Counted from the first letter of the stretch, positions 1 to 15,941 are shown. The stretch: DNA of 32,000 nt from Desulfocapsa sulfexigens DSM 10523 (GCF_000341395.1 NC_020304.1:240001-272000), one strand, 5' to 3'. Notes: a model not told the origin generated them from the sequence alone. A program made the numbers and translations.

Positions 1-1101
1 GCTCACAGGGATGCACTCACTACCTTTCTTACATCACGCTGGTACCCTGTCTCTCTCATTCTTCTTACCCTTCTAGCGCTCTATTTCATAATGATTCGAA
101 GTCAGGCGAAAGCCCACACCATGCTTTTACGCAGACAGGTTGAAGAGGCTGATCGTCAACATACCCTGATGCTTCAGAAAAATGCACTTCTTAAGCAGGA
201 GGTGCAAAAACGACTGGACAGTGAAACACGTCTCCAGACTCTGGTAGAAACAATTCCTGATCTCGTCTGGCTGAAAAACCCTGAAGGAGTCTACCTTTCC
301 TGTAACCCTAAATTCGAACGCCTATACGGCGCAACAGAAGAAGAAATTATCGGCAAGACAGATTACGATTTTGTCGAAAGGGAGCGGGCAGATTCATTAC
401 GCATACTCGACCAGGAGGCTATGGATGCTGACGCCCCTCTTATCAACGAAGAGACGGTTACCTATGCTGACGATGGCCATGAAGAATCGGTGGAAATAAT
501 ACGAACCCCTCTGCGTGACAGTGAAGGAACACTGGTGGGAGTTTTAGGGATAGCCAGAAACATCACAGCCCGAAAACAGGCTGAAGAAGAGGCCCGTTAT
601 CTTTCTACCCATGATCCCCTGACCGGGCTTTTCAATCGCAGGATGCTGGAAAAGCGGGTAATTGAAGAAATTGACCGGGCAGAGCGTTACAACCATACTC
701 TTTCAATCTTTATGGTGGATCTGGATCATTTCAAAACGGTCAACGACACCTATGGTCACCTGAGCGGAGATATTGTTCTCCGCCATCTGGCAAAAATTCT
801 GGCAGTATCCATCCGCAAGACAGACTATGTCGCTCGATATGGTGGAGAAGAATTCATTGTCGTTCTCCCGGAGACACCTCTGACTGAAGCCCATGAACTG
901 GCAGAAAGATTATGTAAAGAGATTAGAAGATACCCTATTCCACTGAAAGACGGACAGACAATCAAGGTAACGGCAAGCATAGGAGTGGCTTGTTTTCCAG
1001 AGCATCACAAATCCTGGGAAGGAATAATCGGGGCTGCAGATTCAGCGATGTATGCGGCCAAACAAGCTGGTCGAAATCAGGTGAAAATCGCAGCTCCCTG
1101 A
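1..1101 (+). CDS. Sensor diguanylate cyclase (TM helix - PAS - GGDEF), 5' end cut by window edge
   Basis: Frame 1 has no stop from nt 1, so the ORF-track Met at 91 is probably internal. Nt ~49-96 encode a hydrophobic helix (VSLILLTLLALYFIMI). PAS-like block LVETIPDLVWLKNPEGVYLSCNP. GGDEF domain with active site RYGGEEF and an RxxD I-site (RKTD) 5 residues upstream. Confidence 0.9.
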   Translation, partial: AHRDALTTFLTSRWYPVSLILLTLLALYFIMIRSQAKAHTMLLRRQVEEADRQHTLMLQKNALLKQEVQKRLDSETRLQTLVETIPDLVWLKNPEGVYLSCNPKFERLYGATEEEIIGKTDYDFVERERADSLRILDQEAMDADAPLINEETVTYADDGHEESVEIIRTPLRDSEGTLVGVLGIARNITARKQAEEEARYLSTHDPLTGLFNRRMLEKRVIEEIDRAERYNHTLSIFMVDLDHFKTVNDTYGHLSGDIVLRHLAKILAVSIRKTDYVARYGGEEFIVVLPETPLTEAHELAERLCKEIRRYPIPLKDGQTIKVTASIGVACFPEHHKSWEGIIGAADSAMYAAKQAGRNQVKIAAP

Positions 1102-1118
1102 ACGCTACGCCGGATTCC

Positions 1119-1148
1119 TTGACAAGACACCTTATTTGCACATAGGAT
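1119..1148 (+). promoter_or_regulatory. Possible sigma-70 promoter for the PilZ/histidine-kinase genes
   Basis: TTGACA (1119-1124), 18-nt spacer, TAGGAT (1143-1148), in the 178-nt gap after the cyclase stop. Motif match only. Confidence 0.3.
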
Positions 1149-1279
1149 TAAAAGAGGGATTCTTATAAAAGTAATCTGCAGCTGCATTCGAGCTGTCTGG
1201 ATGTTTCCCCCCCGAGTCCCCCTGGCTTTTCTTGAAAAAGAGTCTTTTTAATATCAACAGGACCGCAGAGGAAGCCATT

Positions 1280-1633
1280 ATGCTGGAACAACGAAAATAT
1301 GAGCGTTTTACTATTGCCAGTGAGATTCGAGCTCTTGCTTGCGATAAAGTTGCCAGGGTAACAGACATCAGTAAAGGGGGCCTTGCCTTAGTATTTCTAG
1401 ACGAAGCGACAAGCAATTTAAGAGGCGAATTTTCCCTTGACCTCCTCTGTCAGGCGAAGAATCTCGACGCAAGACAAATACCTGGAAAGGTTGTCTGGAA
1501 CAGGGAATTCTCCTTCTCAAAAATCCCCGGAATGGTTTACAAAAAAGCAGGAGTACAATTTGGTAAACTCTCTGTCACCCAACAGAAACTGTTAAGGATG
1601 TTACTCTTTGCTGATAACAAATCGTCATTATAG
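1280..1633 (+). CDS. PilZ-domain c-di-GMP receptor protein
   Basis: PilZ signatures RxxxR (RKYER) and D-x-S-x-x-G (DISKGG) about 20 residues apart. ATG at 1280 has GAGGAA 7-12 nt upstream, so I prefer it to the TTG at 1232 used by the ORF track. Confidence 0.8.
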   Translation: MLEQRKYERFTIASEIRALACDKVARVTDISKGGLALVFLDEATSNLRGEFSLDLLCQAKNLDARQIPGKVVWNREFSFSKIPGMVYKKAGVQFGKLSVTQQKLLRMLLFADNKSSL

Positions 1634-1651
1634 GAGAAATCATACTTTCTC

Positions 1652-4432
1652 ATGCAGCCATCCCATACCAGACTTTCTCTTAACAGCCTTGCCTGCTTTT
1701 TTCTGACCAGTTGTCTTTTTCTAACGCTCATACTGCCTGAACACAGTTTTTCAAAGCAGTTGAAAGTTGGTGTCTACAGTAACAAACCGCTTGTCTTTGA
1801 GGATGAACAGGGGAATTTCCAGGGCCTCACCATCGATGTTCTGCGCGCCATTGCAGCGGCAGAGGGATGGGAACTCGAATTCGTACCCGGCAGTTGGACT
1901 GAATGCCTGCAAAGACTCGAACGTGGAGAGATCGATCTCCAGGTTTCCATCGCCTATTCCTCTGTCCGCTCACAACTTTTCAGCTTCCCGGACGAAACCC
2001 TGATCACTAACTGGGGACGATTATATCGCAATCCTTTTACTGAAGCAGACTCCCTCCTTGACCTGGACGGAAAAACCATTGCACTGCTCGAAAACGATAT
2101 TCATGCCAAGGTCTTTTCCGAGCTTATGGAAAAATTCAGCAAGCAGGTATCATCGGTGTACCTGCAGAGTTACGATGAAGTACTGAAACAAGTGGAAGAT
2201 GGCTCGGTGGATCTTGGTGTGGTCAACCGAATGTACGCCATGCAGAATGCACATCACTTCAATGTGAAGGCAACCCCGATGATTTTTAACCCCATAGAGG
2301 TCCGTTACGCAGTACCAAAGGGGAAAAACCCAGACATACTCACTGCCATAGACCATCACCTCAGCCTTTTGCGAGAGGACAAGAATTCTGTTTACTACAG
2401 ATCCCTTGAAAAGTGGTTCGGCCAGGAAGGACAGCCGTCAAAAATTCCCCGGTGGGTTAAAGTAACTGTCCTCATCGGTGGAACTCTCCTGATCATCATC
2501 TTTCTCGTCTCCCTGGTACTCAGAAAACAGATTTCAGTCAAAACAAAAGACCTGCAGATCATCTTTGACTCCTCTCCTGCCGCCATTTTTCTCCATGACC
2601 TGAATGGTAACATCCTTGACCTGAACCAGACCATGCTGGAGATGTACAAAGTAGAAAAAAGGCGGGCCCTCACCCTCTCCATCGCTGACTTTTCTTCGCC
2701 GGATAATCCTCTGGATATCCTGCTCGATTTCTGGAGAAAAGCTTTCGCAGGACACCCCCAGCAATTCGAATGGATTGCCCGTCGTCCTGGAGACAATTCC
2801 ACCTTTCCCGTTCAGATAGACCTTAAAAAAATCATTTATGATGGAAGGGAGGTCATTTATGCAACCGTTCTTGACATCACCACGACCAAGGAAGCTGAAG
2901 AGAGATTAGCCTCCGAGCAGGAAAGACTTGCTGTCACCCTGCGCTCCATTGGGGATGGTGTAATTGCAACTGATGTGATGGGAAATATAGTCTTTTTAAA
3001 TAAAGTTGCAGAAAGCTTGACTGGCTGGAAGAACAGCGAAGCACAGGGAAAACCCTCCTCGGAAATATTCAACATCATTAATGAGAAAACCGGAGAAAAA
3101 TGCATTAGTCCGGTACAGCGTGTATTAGAACTTGGTAGAATCGTGGGTCTTGCCAATCACACGGCACTCATTGCCAGGGATGGGACACTGAGAAGCATCG
3201 CTGACAGTGGTGCTCCCATTCGAGACAGAGCAAGTAAGATCGTTGGAGTCGTGCTGGTATTTCGCGATGTCACCAATGAGCAGAAAATGGAAGAAGAGTT
3301 GCTTAAAATCAAAAAACTCGAATCCATTGGTGTCCTTGCCGGAGGAATTGCTCACGATTTTAACAATATTCTAGCCGCTATTCTCGGAAACATTGAGCTC
3401 ACAGCCTTCAGGATTGACAAGGAAGATACTAAAACCATGGCTCTGCTCAACGATGCCAAAAAGGCCACCCGAAGAGCAACAAAGTTGACACAGCAGCTGC
3501 TGACATTTGCAAAAGGCGGGGACCCGGTGAGAGAGGAAACTGCACTTCCCCAACTGATAACCGAATCAACTGATTTTGTACTCCATGACAGCAAGATTAC
3601 CTGCAAATACAGCTTTCCCGACGACCTCTGGATGGTTGATGTGGACAGTGGACAGATTGGACAGGTTATCCAGAACATCGCCTTGAACGCCAAACATGCC
3701 ATGCCCGAAGGAGGTACCCTATCGATTCGTTGCGACAATATCAGTAATGCTGCAATGGAATCTCTTTTGAGCGTGGATGTGGGGAATTATGTCCGCATTA
3801 CTCTTCAGGATACCGGTATAGGCATCCCCAGGAATATCATCGATAAAATATTTGACCCCTATTTCTCAACAAAACAGGAGGGCAGTGGCCTCGGACTTGC
3901 GATATGCCATTCAATTATCAATAAACATGACGGACATATCACCGTTGACTCCACCACTGGTCGGGGAACCTGTTTCAGTATCTACCTGCCCGCCATACTG
4001 CATGGAAACCTTGCCAGGACAAATACCGGAATTATCGAGCCACTGACAAAGGCGTGCAGGGTCATGATTATGGATGATGAGAAAATGCTGCTTGATGTTG
4101 CCCAGGCCCAACTTAGTGTCCTTGGCCACGAAGCCATACCGGTGATGGATGGTGTACAGGCAATCAACAGATATCAGGAATTGCAGGATGCTGCAAGTCC
4201 CGTTGATCTTGTAATTATGGATCTTACTATTCCTGGTGGTATGGGGGGACAAGAGGCAGCCCGGAAACTCCTCCAGATAGACCCAAAGGCAAAAATCATT
4301 GTGTCCAGTGGATATTCAAACGATCCAGTTATGGCCGAGTACAAAAAATACGGCTTTGTGGCCGCCATTGCTAAACCCTTCGACCTGAAGGGGCTAAGTG
4401 ACACCATAGCGTCTGTCCTTAAGTCGTTGTAA
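1652..4432 (+). CDS. Hybrid sensor histidine kinase (signal peptide, periplasmic solute-binding domain, TM, 2x PAS, HisKA, HATPase, receiver)
   Basis: N-terminal signal/TM followed by an SBP-type-3-like block (KVGVYSNKPLVFEDEQGNFQGLTIDVL). TM helix VTVLIGGTLLIIIFLVSLVL. H-box GGIAHDFNNILAAILGNIEL. G-boxes DTGIGIP and GSGLGLAICHSI. Receiver with VMIMDDE...DLVIMDLTIPGGMGG...KPF. Confidence 0.92.
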   Translation: MQPSHTRLSLNSLACFFLTSCLFLTLILPEHSFSKQLKVGVYSNKPLVFEDEQGNFQGLTIDVLRAIAAAEGWELEFVPGSWTECLQRLERGEIDLQVSIAYSSVRSQLFSFPDETLITNWGRLYRNPFTEADSLLDLDGKTIALLENDIHAKVFSELMEKFSKQVSSVYLQSYDEVLKQVEDGSVDLGVVNRMYAMQNAHHFNVKATPMIFNPIEVRYAVPKGKNPDILTAIDHHLSLLREDKNSVYYRSLEKWFGQEGQPSKIPRWVKVTVLIGGTLLIIIFLVSLVLRKQISVKTKDLQIIFDSSPAAIFLHDLNGNILDLNQTMLEMYKVEKRRALTLSIADFSSPDNPLDILLDFWRKAFAGHPQQFEWIARRPGDNSTFPVQIDLKKIIYDGREVIYATVLDITTTKEAEERLASEQERLAVTLRSIGDGVIATDVMGNIVFLNKVAESLTGWKNSEAQGKPSSEIFNIINEKTGEKCISPVQRVLELGRIVGLANHTALIARDGTLRSIADSGAPIRDRASKIVGVVLVFRDVTNEQKMEEELLKIKKLESIGVLAGGIAHDFNNILAAILGNIELTAFRIDKEDTKTMALLNDAKKATRRATKLTQQLLTFAKGGDPVREETALPQLITESTDFVLHDSKITCKYSFPDDLWMVDVDSGQIGQVIQNIALNAKHAMPEGGTLSIRCDNISNAAMESLLSVDVGNYVRITLQDTGIGIPRNIIDKIFDPYFSTKQEGSGLGLAICHSIINKHDGHITVDSTTGRGTCFSIYLPAILHGNLARTNTGIIEPLTKACRVMIMDDEKMLLDVAQAQLSVLGHEAIPVMDGVQAINRYQELQDAASPVDLVIMDLTIPGGMGGQEAARKLLQIDPKAKIIVSSGYSNDPVMAEYKKYGFVAAIAKPFDLKGLSDTIASVLKSL

Positions 4433-4521
4433 ATAAATAACTATAACATTCTTATATCGTGACCAGCATAAGGGGCCAAAATAAAATCGACAAAAATATA
4501 ATAGTCATTTCTTGACTACCC

Positions 4522-5397
4522 CTAAATTGATGCCGCAATTTCCCAAAAGGCATCAACCTGTGGCGGCCGCATTTTTTTCTTGATACTGCAAATCCCGATG
4601 GAAAATGGTTTCAGTTCAGGCCTCACAGCCAGGATTTCTATCTGTTCTTTCAAGGGACTTTTTTCAAGGACCAGCTCAGGCACAACGCCTACCCCGCAAC
4701 CGAGCGCAACCATGGCAATGATGGCTTCATTCCCTGCAACCTGCGCGTAAACGTTTGGCACAATATCTTTTTCACGAAACCAGCTATCCGTCCTGTCACG
4801 ACTCAACCCAAATTCTGCAATAATAAGCGGTGTCTTCTGCCAGTCTATTTCCCTCCCCTGATATCGTGTTCTTTCTGGGAATGACGTGGGGCCAATAAAG
4901 ACCAGCGGAGTCTCCACAATCTTCAGAAATTCCACCCGTTCCGGCAGGACATCCGGCAACGCTGCCACCGTAATATCCACCTCCCTATTCTGGAGTTTTG
5001 TAAGTGCAAGCGCGGCATCACCTGTCTCAAGAGTGATGTTTACCTCCGGATAGACAAAACGAAATTTCTGAAAAATCACAGGCAGGATTGAATATGCTGC
5101 GGTCACAGAACAGTACAGTGAAATCTCTCCCCCCAACACCCGCTCCCTTGACAGCTCACCCTGTAACATTTCATAGCGCTGAATAACATCATCTGCATAG
5201 GAACGAAATGACTCACCTGCCGGGGTAAGACGGACCGAGCGGTTATCACGGAGAAATAAGCGTTCCCCCAGATCATCCTCAAGACGCTGAATGATTCTGG
5301 TCAATGCAGAAGGAGTCACATGACAGGCACGACTGCTTTGTCCAAAATGGAGGGTTCCAGAGAGATGCTTGAAGAGTTTGAGATCTCGGATGTTCAT
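4522..5397 (-). CDS. ilvY: LysR-family transcriptional activator IlvY
   Basis: From Met 13 of the ORF (MNIRDLKLFKHLSGTLHFGQSSRACHVTPSALTRIIQRLEDDLGERLFLRDNRSVRLTPAG) it aligns by eye along its length with E. coli IlvY. Divergent from ilvC, as in enterobacteria. Confidence 0.85.
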   Translation of the reverse strand: MNIRDLKLFKHLSGTLHFGQSSRACHVTPSALTRIIQRLEDDLGERLFLRDNRSVRLTPAGESFRSYADDVIQRYEMLQGELSRERVLGGEISLYCSVTAAYSILPVIFQKFRFVYPEVNITLETGDAALALTKLQNREVDITVAALPDVLPERVEFLKIVETPLVFIGPTSFPERTRYQGREIDWQKTPLIIAEFGLSRDRTDSWFREKDIVPNVYAQVAGNEAIIAMVALGCGVGVVPELVLEKSPLKEQIEILAVRPELKPFSIGICSIKKKMRPPQVDAFWEIAASI

Positions 5398-5580
5398 TTT
5401 CTTTTTTCGGCTATCACTGTTCAAAGGACACACGTTTATTTCACTAACCGCAATACTATATTACAAACAATTCACTTTACGCAACAATTTTTCATGGTAT
5501 TATCTAGATAATAATTCGTTGTTTTACCGTTTTTATTTCCATTCAATAGTGAATTGATCATTTAAAAAAGGAGTATTCCC
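5398..5580. promoter_or_regulatory. Divergent ilvY-ilvC control region
   Basis: 183-bp AT-rich spacer between divergent ilvY and ilvC. Contains the dyad TCAAT-N5-ATTGA (within cattcaatagtgaattgatca) and repeated ACAATT motifs. Strong ilvC SD AAGGAG 7 nt before ATG 5581. IlvY operator positions not resolved. Confidence 0.5.
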
Positions 5581-7050
5581 ATGTCAAACAATTACTTTAA
5601 CAGCCTTCCCCTCCGCCTTCAGCTTGAAGAACTTGGCCAGTGTCGTTTTATGGATATTTCGGAATTTGATGGTGTTGAGGCCCTCAAAGGAAAAAAAATC
5701 GTCATAGTCGGTTGTGGTGCTCAGGGCTTAAACCAGGGACTGAATCTTCGTGACTCAGGCCTTGATGTCTCTTACACCCTCCGCGATGCCGCAATTGCCG
5801 AAAAACGTCAGTCCTGGAAAAACGCCTCGGAAAATGACTTCAAAGTAGGAACCTACCAGGAGATGCTCCCCGAAGCTGATCTGGTAATCAATCTGACTCC
5901 TGACAAACAGCACACCAATGTCATCGAAGCCGTCATGCCACTCATGAAACAGGGTGCTTGCCTCTCCTACTCTCACGGATTCAATATTGTTGAGGAGGGA
6001 ATGAAGATTCGCGACGACATTACAGTTGTCATGGTTGCCCCAAAATCTCCAGGAACCGAGGTACGGGAAGAGTACAAACGAGGTTTTGGTGTCCCTACCC
6101 TTATCGCCGTACATCGTGAAAACGATCCCCAGGGGATCGGCTGGGATGTTGCCAAAGCTTATGCAGCTGGAACAGGCGGCCATCGTGCCGGGTGTCTGCA
6201 ATCCTCCTTTGTTGCAGAGGTAAAATCTGATCTCATGGGTGAGCAGACCATTCTTTGCGGAATGCTGCAGACTGGCTCCCTGCTCTGTTTTGACAAGATG
6301 ACTGAACAGGGAATAGATCCTGCCTACGCTGTCAAATTAATTCAGTTTGGCTGGGAAACCATCACCGAAGCGCTCAAACACGGCGGCATTACCAACATGA
6401 TGGACAGACTTTCCAATCCTGCAAAAATCAGAGCCAATGAGTTAAGCGATGAGCTGAAAAGTATCATGGAACCACTCTTCCACAAGCACATGGACGATAT
6501 CATGTCTGGGCATTTCTCCAAAACCATGATGGAAGACTGGGCCAACGACGATGCGAACCTCCTGAGATGGCGTAAAGAAACGGGTGAAACAACTTTCGAG
6601 CAAACAGAAGCGGCTACCACCGAAATAAGCGAACAGGAATACTTTGACAATGGCATTCTTATGGTTGCCATGATTAAAGCCGGTGTTGAGTTAGCCTTTG
6701 ACACCATGGTTTCAGCAGGAATCAAAGAGGAATCTGCCTACTACGAGTCACTGCACGAGGTTCCACTGATAGCCAATCTTATTGCACGCAAAAAACTCTA
6801 TGAGATGAATGTTGTTATCTCGGATACTGCTGAGTATGGCTGCTACCTCTTCAACCACGCCTGTCTGCCACTGCTCAGGGATTTCATGAAAACAGTGAAC
6901 ACTGATGTTATTGGTAAGACCATTGCAGTCAAAGACAATGGGGTGAACAACGTTGAGCTTATCGAAACCAACGAGTCCATCCGCTACACCACTGTTGAAG
7001 CTATCGGTGAAGAGCTGCGCTCCTATATGAGTGCCATGAAGCAAATCTAA
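5581..7050 (+). CDS. ilvC: Ketol-acid reductoisomerase, class II (long form)
   Basis: 489 aa, near-colinear with E. coli IlvC (491 aa). Matching blocks: [79 protein letters not shown]. Confidence 0.97.
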   Translation: MSNNYFNSLPLRLQLEELGQCRFMDISEFDGVEALKGKKIVIVGCGAQGLNQGLNLRDSGLDVSYTLRDAAIAEKRQSWKNASENDFKVGTYQEMLPEADLVINLTPDKQHTNVIEAVMPLMKQGACLSYSHGFNIVEEGMKIRDDITVVMVAPKSPGTEVREEYKRGFGVPTLIAVHRENDPQGIGWDVAKAYAAGTGGHRAGCLQSSFVAEVKSDLMGEQTILCGMLQTGSLLCFDKMTEQGIDPAYAVKLIQFGWETITEALKHGGITNMMDRLSNPAKIRANELSDELKSIMEPLFHKHMDDIMSGHFSKTMMEDWANDDANLLRWRKETGETTFEQTEAATTEISEQEYFDNGILMVAMIKAGVELAFDTMVSAGIKEESAYYESLHEVPLIANLIARKKLYEMNVVISDTAEYGCYLFNHACLPLLRDFMKTVNTDVIGKTIAVKDNGVNNVELIETNESIRYTTVEAIGEELRSYMSAMKQI

Positions 7051-7064
7051 GCCCAATCCCTTTT

Positions 7065-7094
7065 CTGATCGGAAGAAATATTTCTTCCGGTCAG
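7065..7094 (+). terminator. Hairpin downstream of ilvC (possible terminator)
   Basis: CTGATCGGAAGAAA-TA-TTTCTTCCGGTCAG, a 14-bp stem with one G-U position, 15 nt after the ilvC stop. The downstream T-tract is weak (ccgtttt). Confidence 0.45.
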
Positions 7095-7488
7095 AACATC
7101 CGTTTTCCCCTCCATTTATGAAACAACTCACGGGGATGAGCCGTGGCAATGAGCCCCTGGCACTTCTCTGCAGACAGCAAGGCAATGATTTTTGTCACCT
7201 CACAGAAAACCATGGCCCTGGCACTTGCCATATTAGCCAGCATCAAACTTGCAACCGGCAATGCCATTATTGTCTGTCTCATCTTTCATTTTTTCCAACT
7301 GTTCATGGACTCCTTTATCGCATCAATCATTCAAAATAAATAAAAAAACAAAAATTCTCCATACCTGCTTTGACAATGATTTTTTACTTTGCTATAACTC
7401 TTCATGTATTTACAAATCATTTCAAGCTGTATTGACCTTTTTATACCACAGGTGCAAGATCCACCACGCTGTCAGGAAAACTTCTTAA

Positions 7489-8955
7489 ATGACAAACAAC
7501 AACCACTCTCGTGACTCTCTCTGGCTCCGCCTCTGGAAGCCTTTTTTCGCCCTTTCTGTCTACAAGAAATTCCTCCTGGTTCTGGTAAGCTTCCTCTGCG
7601 GGTATCTTGTTATCGGATTCCACAGTCTTCTCTTTATTAAAAAGCTTAAATATGAACTGCATTTTGCCTGCGGTGGAGACGAGCATTTATCGAACGCCCT
7701 TGGTCTCCTCGATACCTATATCAGCCATGGCCTGATTCTGGTCGTTCTGGTCATGGCCTTTATGAGCCTTACAAGTTTTTTGTGCGTACGCGCCCTTGTT
7801 GATTTTCTTGACCAGATGATCAGTTCTCTTCGAACGCTGGTCAAAAAGGGGGACAAAAAACAGGCCTGTGGCCATGGAACCGAAATTCCGGTACTTACCC
7901 AGGACAAAATCGGAGAAGTCGCTCTACTGGTAAACGACCTGACAAGTCATATTCGAGCCATTTCGCTCTTCAGAAGAACCATAGAGGCCGACGAAACCGT
8001 TGGTGAAGTTTACAATCGACTGGCCTACGTTTTTAAGGAAAAACTGCATCTCAACACCTTTATTATATGGGAAGTCCGGGCTAAGGATGACTCCATAGAA
8101 GCAGTGTACAGCTGGCCTCCTGAACTGGAACACGATACCTGTGAAATGAGTACCTCCAGAATCTGTCGCGCAAGACGGACAGGAGAAGTCATTTCATCAG
8201 CCGGTTTCCCAGGTATCTGCCCAGTCTTCCCCCTCTCTGAACTAATGACCCATACCTGTGTCCCCATGGTTGTTTCAGGGAAAGTACTGGGAGTTGTTCA
8301 ATTTTTCTCGCTCTTTGTCGACAGCCCGGAACGAGCAGAGCAATTACGGGAAAACCAACAACTTGCCGGCCTCTATCTCGAAGAGGCTCTTCCGGTGCTC
8401 CACGCCAAGCGTCTCGCCTCTAATCTTCATGAAATGGCCACCAAAGATGCCCTGACTGGCCTTGCAAACCGTAGATACCTGGAAACAAACATCAACCCGA
8501 TACTTGCCGGAATCAAAAGGAGAAAGAGTACCTTGGCTGTTCTCATGTGTGACCTGGATTTTTTCAAACAGGTAAACGATGAACACGGGCACGATGTGGG
8601 TGATGACGTCCTGAAAACGCTAGCTACCATTCTGAAAGATGGAGTGCGAACCTCGGATATTGTTATCCGCTATGGCGGTGAAGAATTCCTGATCCTTCTT
8701 ACTGACTGTGAGATGGAAAAAGCGACAGAGGTCGCAGAAAAAATACGGCAGGCTGTGGAGGAACAGCTGTTCCGGATAGAAGATATCAGTATCCGCAAGA
8801 CCCTCAGTATCGGAGTCTCTATTTTCCCCGTGGATGGGGATGGATTCTGGGAATGTATCAAACACGCTGATATTGCTCTCTATCAGGCAAAAGACACTGG
8901 CAGAAACAAGGTAGTACGCTTTAATCCTTCCATGTGGGATGGGGATAGTTATTGA
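7489..8955 (+). CDS. Membrane diguanylate cyclase (2 TM - HAMP - GAF-like - GGDEF)
   Basis: Two N-terminal hydrophobic helices, a HAMP-like linker (IGEVALLVNDLTSHI), and a central GAF-like segment. GGDEF domain with RYGGEEF A-site and RTSD I-site 5 residues upstream. Confidence 0.9.
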   Translation: MTNNNHSRDSLWLRLWKPFFALSVYKKFLLVLVSFLCGYLVIGFHSLLFIKKLKYELHFACGGDEHLSNALGLLDTYISHGLILVVLVMAFMSLTSFLCVRALVDFLDQMISSLRTLVKKGDKKQACGHGTEIPVLTQDKIGEVALLVNDLTSHIRAISLFRRTIEADETVGEVYNRLAYVFKEKLHLNTFIIWEVRAKDDSIEAVYSWPPELEHDTCEMSTSRICRARRTGEVISSAGFPGICPVFPLSELMTHTCVPMVVSGKVLGVVQFFSLFVDSPERAEQLRENQQLAGLYLEEALPVLHAKRLASNLHEMATKDALTGLANRRYLETNINPILAGIKRRKSTLAVLMCDLDFFKQVNDEHGHDVGDDVLKTLATILKDGVRTSDIVIRYGGEEFLILLTDCEMEKATEVAEKIRQAVEEQLFRIEDISIRKTLSIGVSIFPVDGDGFWECIKHADIALYQAKDTGRNKVVRFNPSMWDGDSY

Positions 8956-9087
8956 GAATCCTGACGGTGTAATAAAAACCTCCTAAAACTTCTCCATGCA
9001 ATGTTGCAGGTTTTCTCGGGTGCCCTTCATCTTCTCAAAGAACAAGGTGAAGGACGGATGCATCCTCCATTCTTTTTCCTGATTACC

Positions 9088-9126
9088 ACTAATCCTCAGC
9101 CTACCCGCCTGAGGATTAGTTTTTTC
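9088..9126 (+). terminator. Rho-independent terminator
   Basis: ACTAATCCTCAG-cctacccgc-CTGAGGATTAGT, a perfect 12-bp stem, followed by TTTTTT. Confidence 0.75.
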
Positions 9127-9411
9127 GTGTTGATTATATGGGCATCTGCGGCCTGGACGGCCGCAGCAGAGCCCCCAGGGATCGGTTTATGGCGTCCCAT
9201 ATAATCAACCCGGAACAACTCCGGGTTGCAAAGCCGAGTTTCGATGGTAATCAGGTTCTTTTTTCAACTCCCGTCAGTTTCACATCCAGCAATAACCACT
9301 TAGCCATACAGTCCTCGTTTATACCTAATCCGATTTTTCCTGGACAATTCAAAAACAGGCATTAACGTAAGAGATAACAGGAAGCATTATCAATAAAAAC
9401 CTTGTGAGCAT

Positions 9412-9594
9412 ATGAAAAATACAAACATCATCAAAAACCCTGATCCTCAACGAGTGGCAATCCTCAGATCACTTCCACTAGAGATCAAAGAGACACTGAC
9501 AGGTGAAGAAGCTGCTGCATTTATTAATAATGAGCCACTTTCTGAAACCCTTTATGAAAAACTTAAAGACCATCTGCTTCCTGCTGAAGAGTAG
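9412..9594 (+). CDS. Hypothetical small acidic protein (60 aa)
   Basis: ORF-track ORF with protein-like charged composition (MKNTNIIKNPDPQRVAILRSLPLEIKETLTGEEAAAFINNEPLSETLYEKLKDHLLPAEE). Only a weak SD. No recognisable family. Confidence 0.35.
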   Translation: MKNTNIIKNPDPQRVAILRSLPLEIKETLTGEEAAAFINNEPLSETLYEKLKDHLLPAEE

Positions 9595-9624
9595 GAACAA
9601 AAGCAGACAGTAAGGAGACATCCT

Positions 9625-9777
9625 ATGAAAGAAAATACTATCCAGGCCATAGATCCTGCTGAAACCTGTGAAAGCAATCCTGAGTGGAGCAGTGCTCCCG
9701 GCAACAATGACTGGGACGATTGTCGCTGTTCGATCATTGCCCCAGCCAAGACCAGTCACCCTCAAGACAAAAAGTAA
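9625..9777 (+). CDS. Hypothetical small protein (50 aa), below ORF-track cutoff
   Basis: Hand translation: MKENTIQAIDPAETCESNPEWSSAPGNNDWDDCRCSIIAPAKTSHPQDKK. Consensus SD AAGGAG (9612-9617) 7 nt before the ATG. Followed by the hairpin at 9795-9821. Confidence 0.45.
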   Translation: MKENTIQAIDPAETCESNPEWSSAPGNNDWDDCRCSIIAPAKTSHPQDKK

Positions 9778-9794
9778 GTCTACGAAAATATACT

Positions 9795-9821
9795 CTCCCT
9801 GCTTTCTCTTAAAGCAGGGAG
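9795..9821 (+). terminator. Stem-loop after the small-ORF pair (terminator-like, no T-tract)
   Basis: CTCCCTGCTT-tctctta-AAGCAGGGAG, a perfect 10-bp stem 18 nt after the stop at 9777. Not followed by a U-run. Confidence 0.35.
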
Positions 9822-10039
9822 GGGCTCATCACATTCAAAAATCCCCTTCCCCTTTTTTTTCGCATCGGCCAATAACACATTCAAATCTTGATTTATATGA
9901 GCTTTATTGAAATTACCGTCATAATTATTACAAAAACATGATAAAAACATTGGAGAATGATACTATCAACTGCAACAAAGTTTATAAAAAAAATCGCCGC
10001 GCCCAGGGACATGGGAAGCCCGGATATTGAGAGGAAACA

Positions 10040-15932
<5,893 letters not shown>

Positions 15933-15941
15933 GATAGAAAG

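Noticed and set aside
1132-1416. 94-aa minus-strand ORF, and the TTG (1232) start for the PilZ gene.
   Set aside because: The minus ORF overlaps the PilZ gene antisense and has no signals. The ATG at 1280 has a proper SD and leaves the PilZ domain complete.
7158-7229. Two TGGCAC motifs (7158-7163 and 7219-7224) resembling sigma-54 -24 boxes upstream of the cyclase gene.
   Set aside because: The first has its GC element one nt too close (TGGCAC-ttct-CTGCA, giving GG-N9-GC instead of N10). The second has TTGCC directly abutting. Sigma-54 spacing is strict.
7091-7488. Cluster of overlapping 63-79-aa ORFs on both strands in the ilvC to cyclase spacer. This includes a minus-strand ATG with an AAGGAG SD near 7305 that encodes only 6 aa.
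   Set aside because: The ORFs are mutually overlapping with no recognisable motifs, and the good SD precedes a 6-codon frame. I cannot support any of them as genes. The region may hold a promoter or leader for the cyclase.
9001-9365. 67- and 75-aa plus-strand ORFs after the cyclase gene.
   Set aside because: One spans the strong terminator at 9088-9126 and the other starts just after it. Both lack an SD and have a low-complexity translation.
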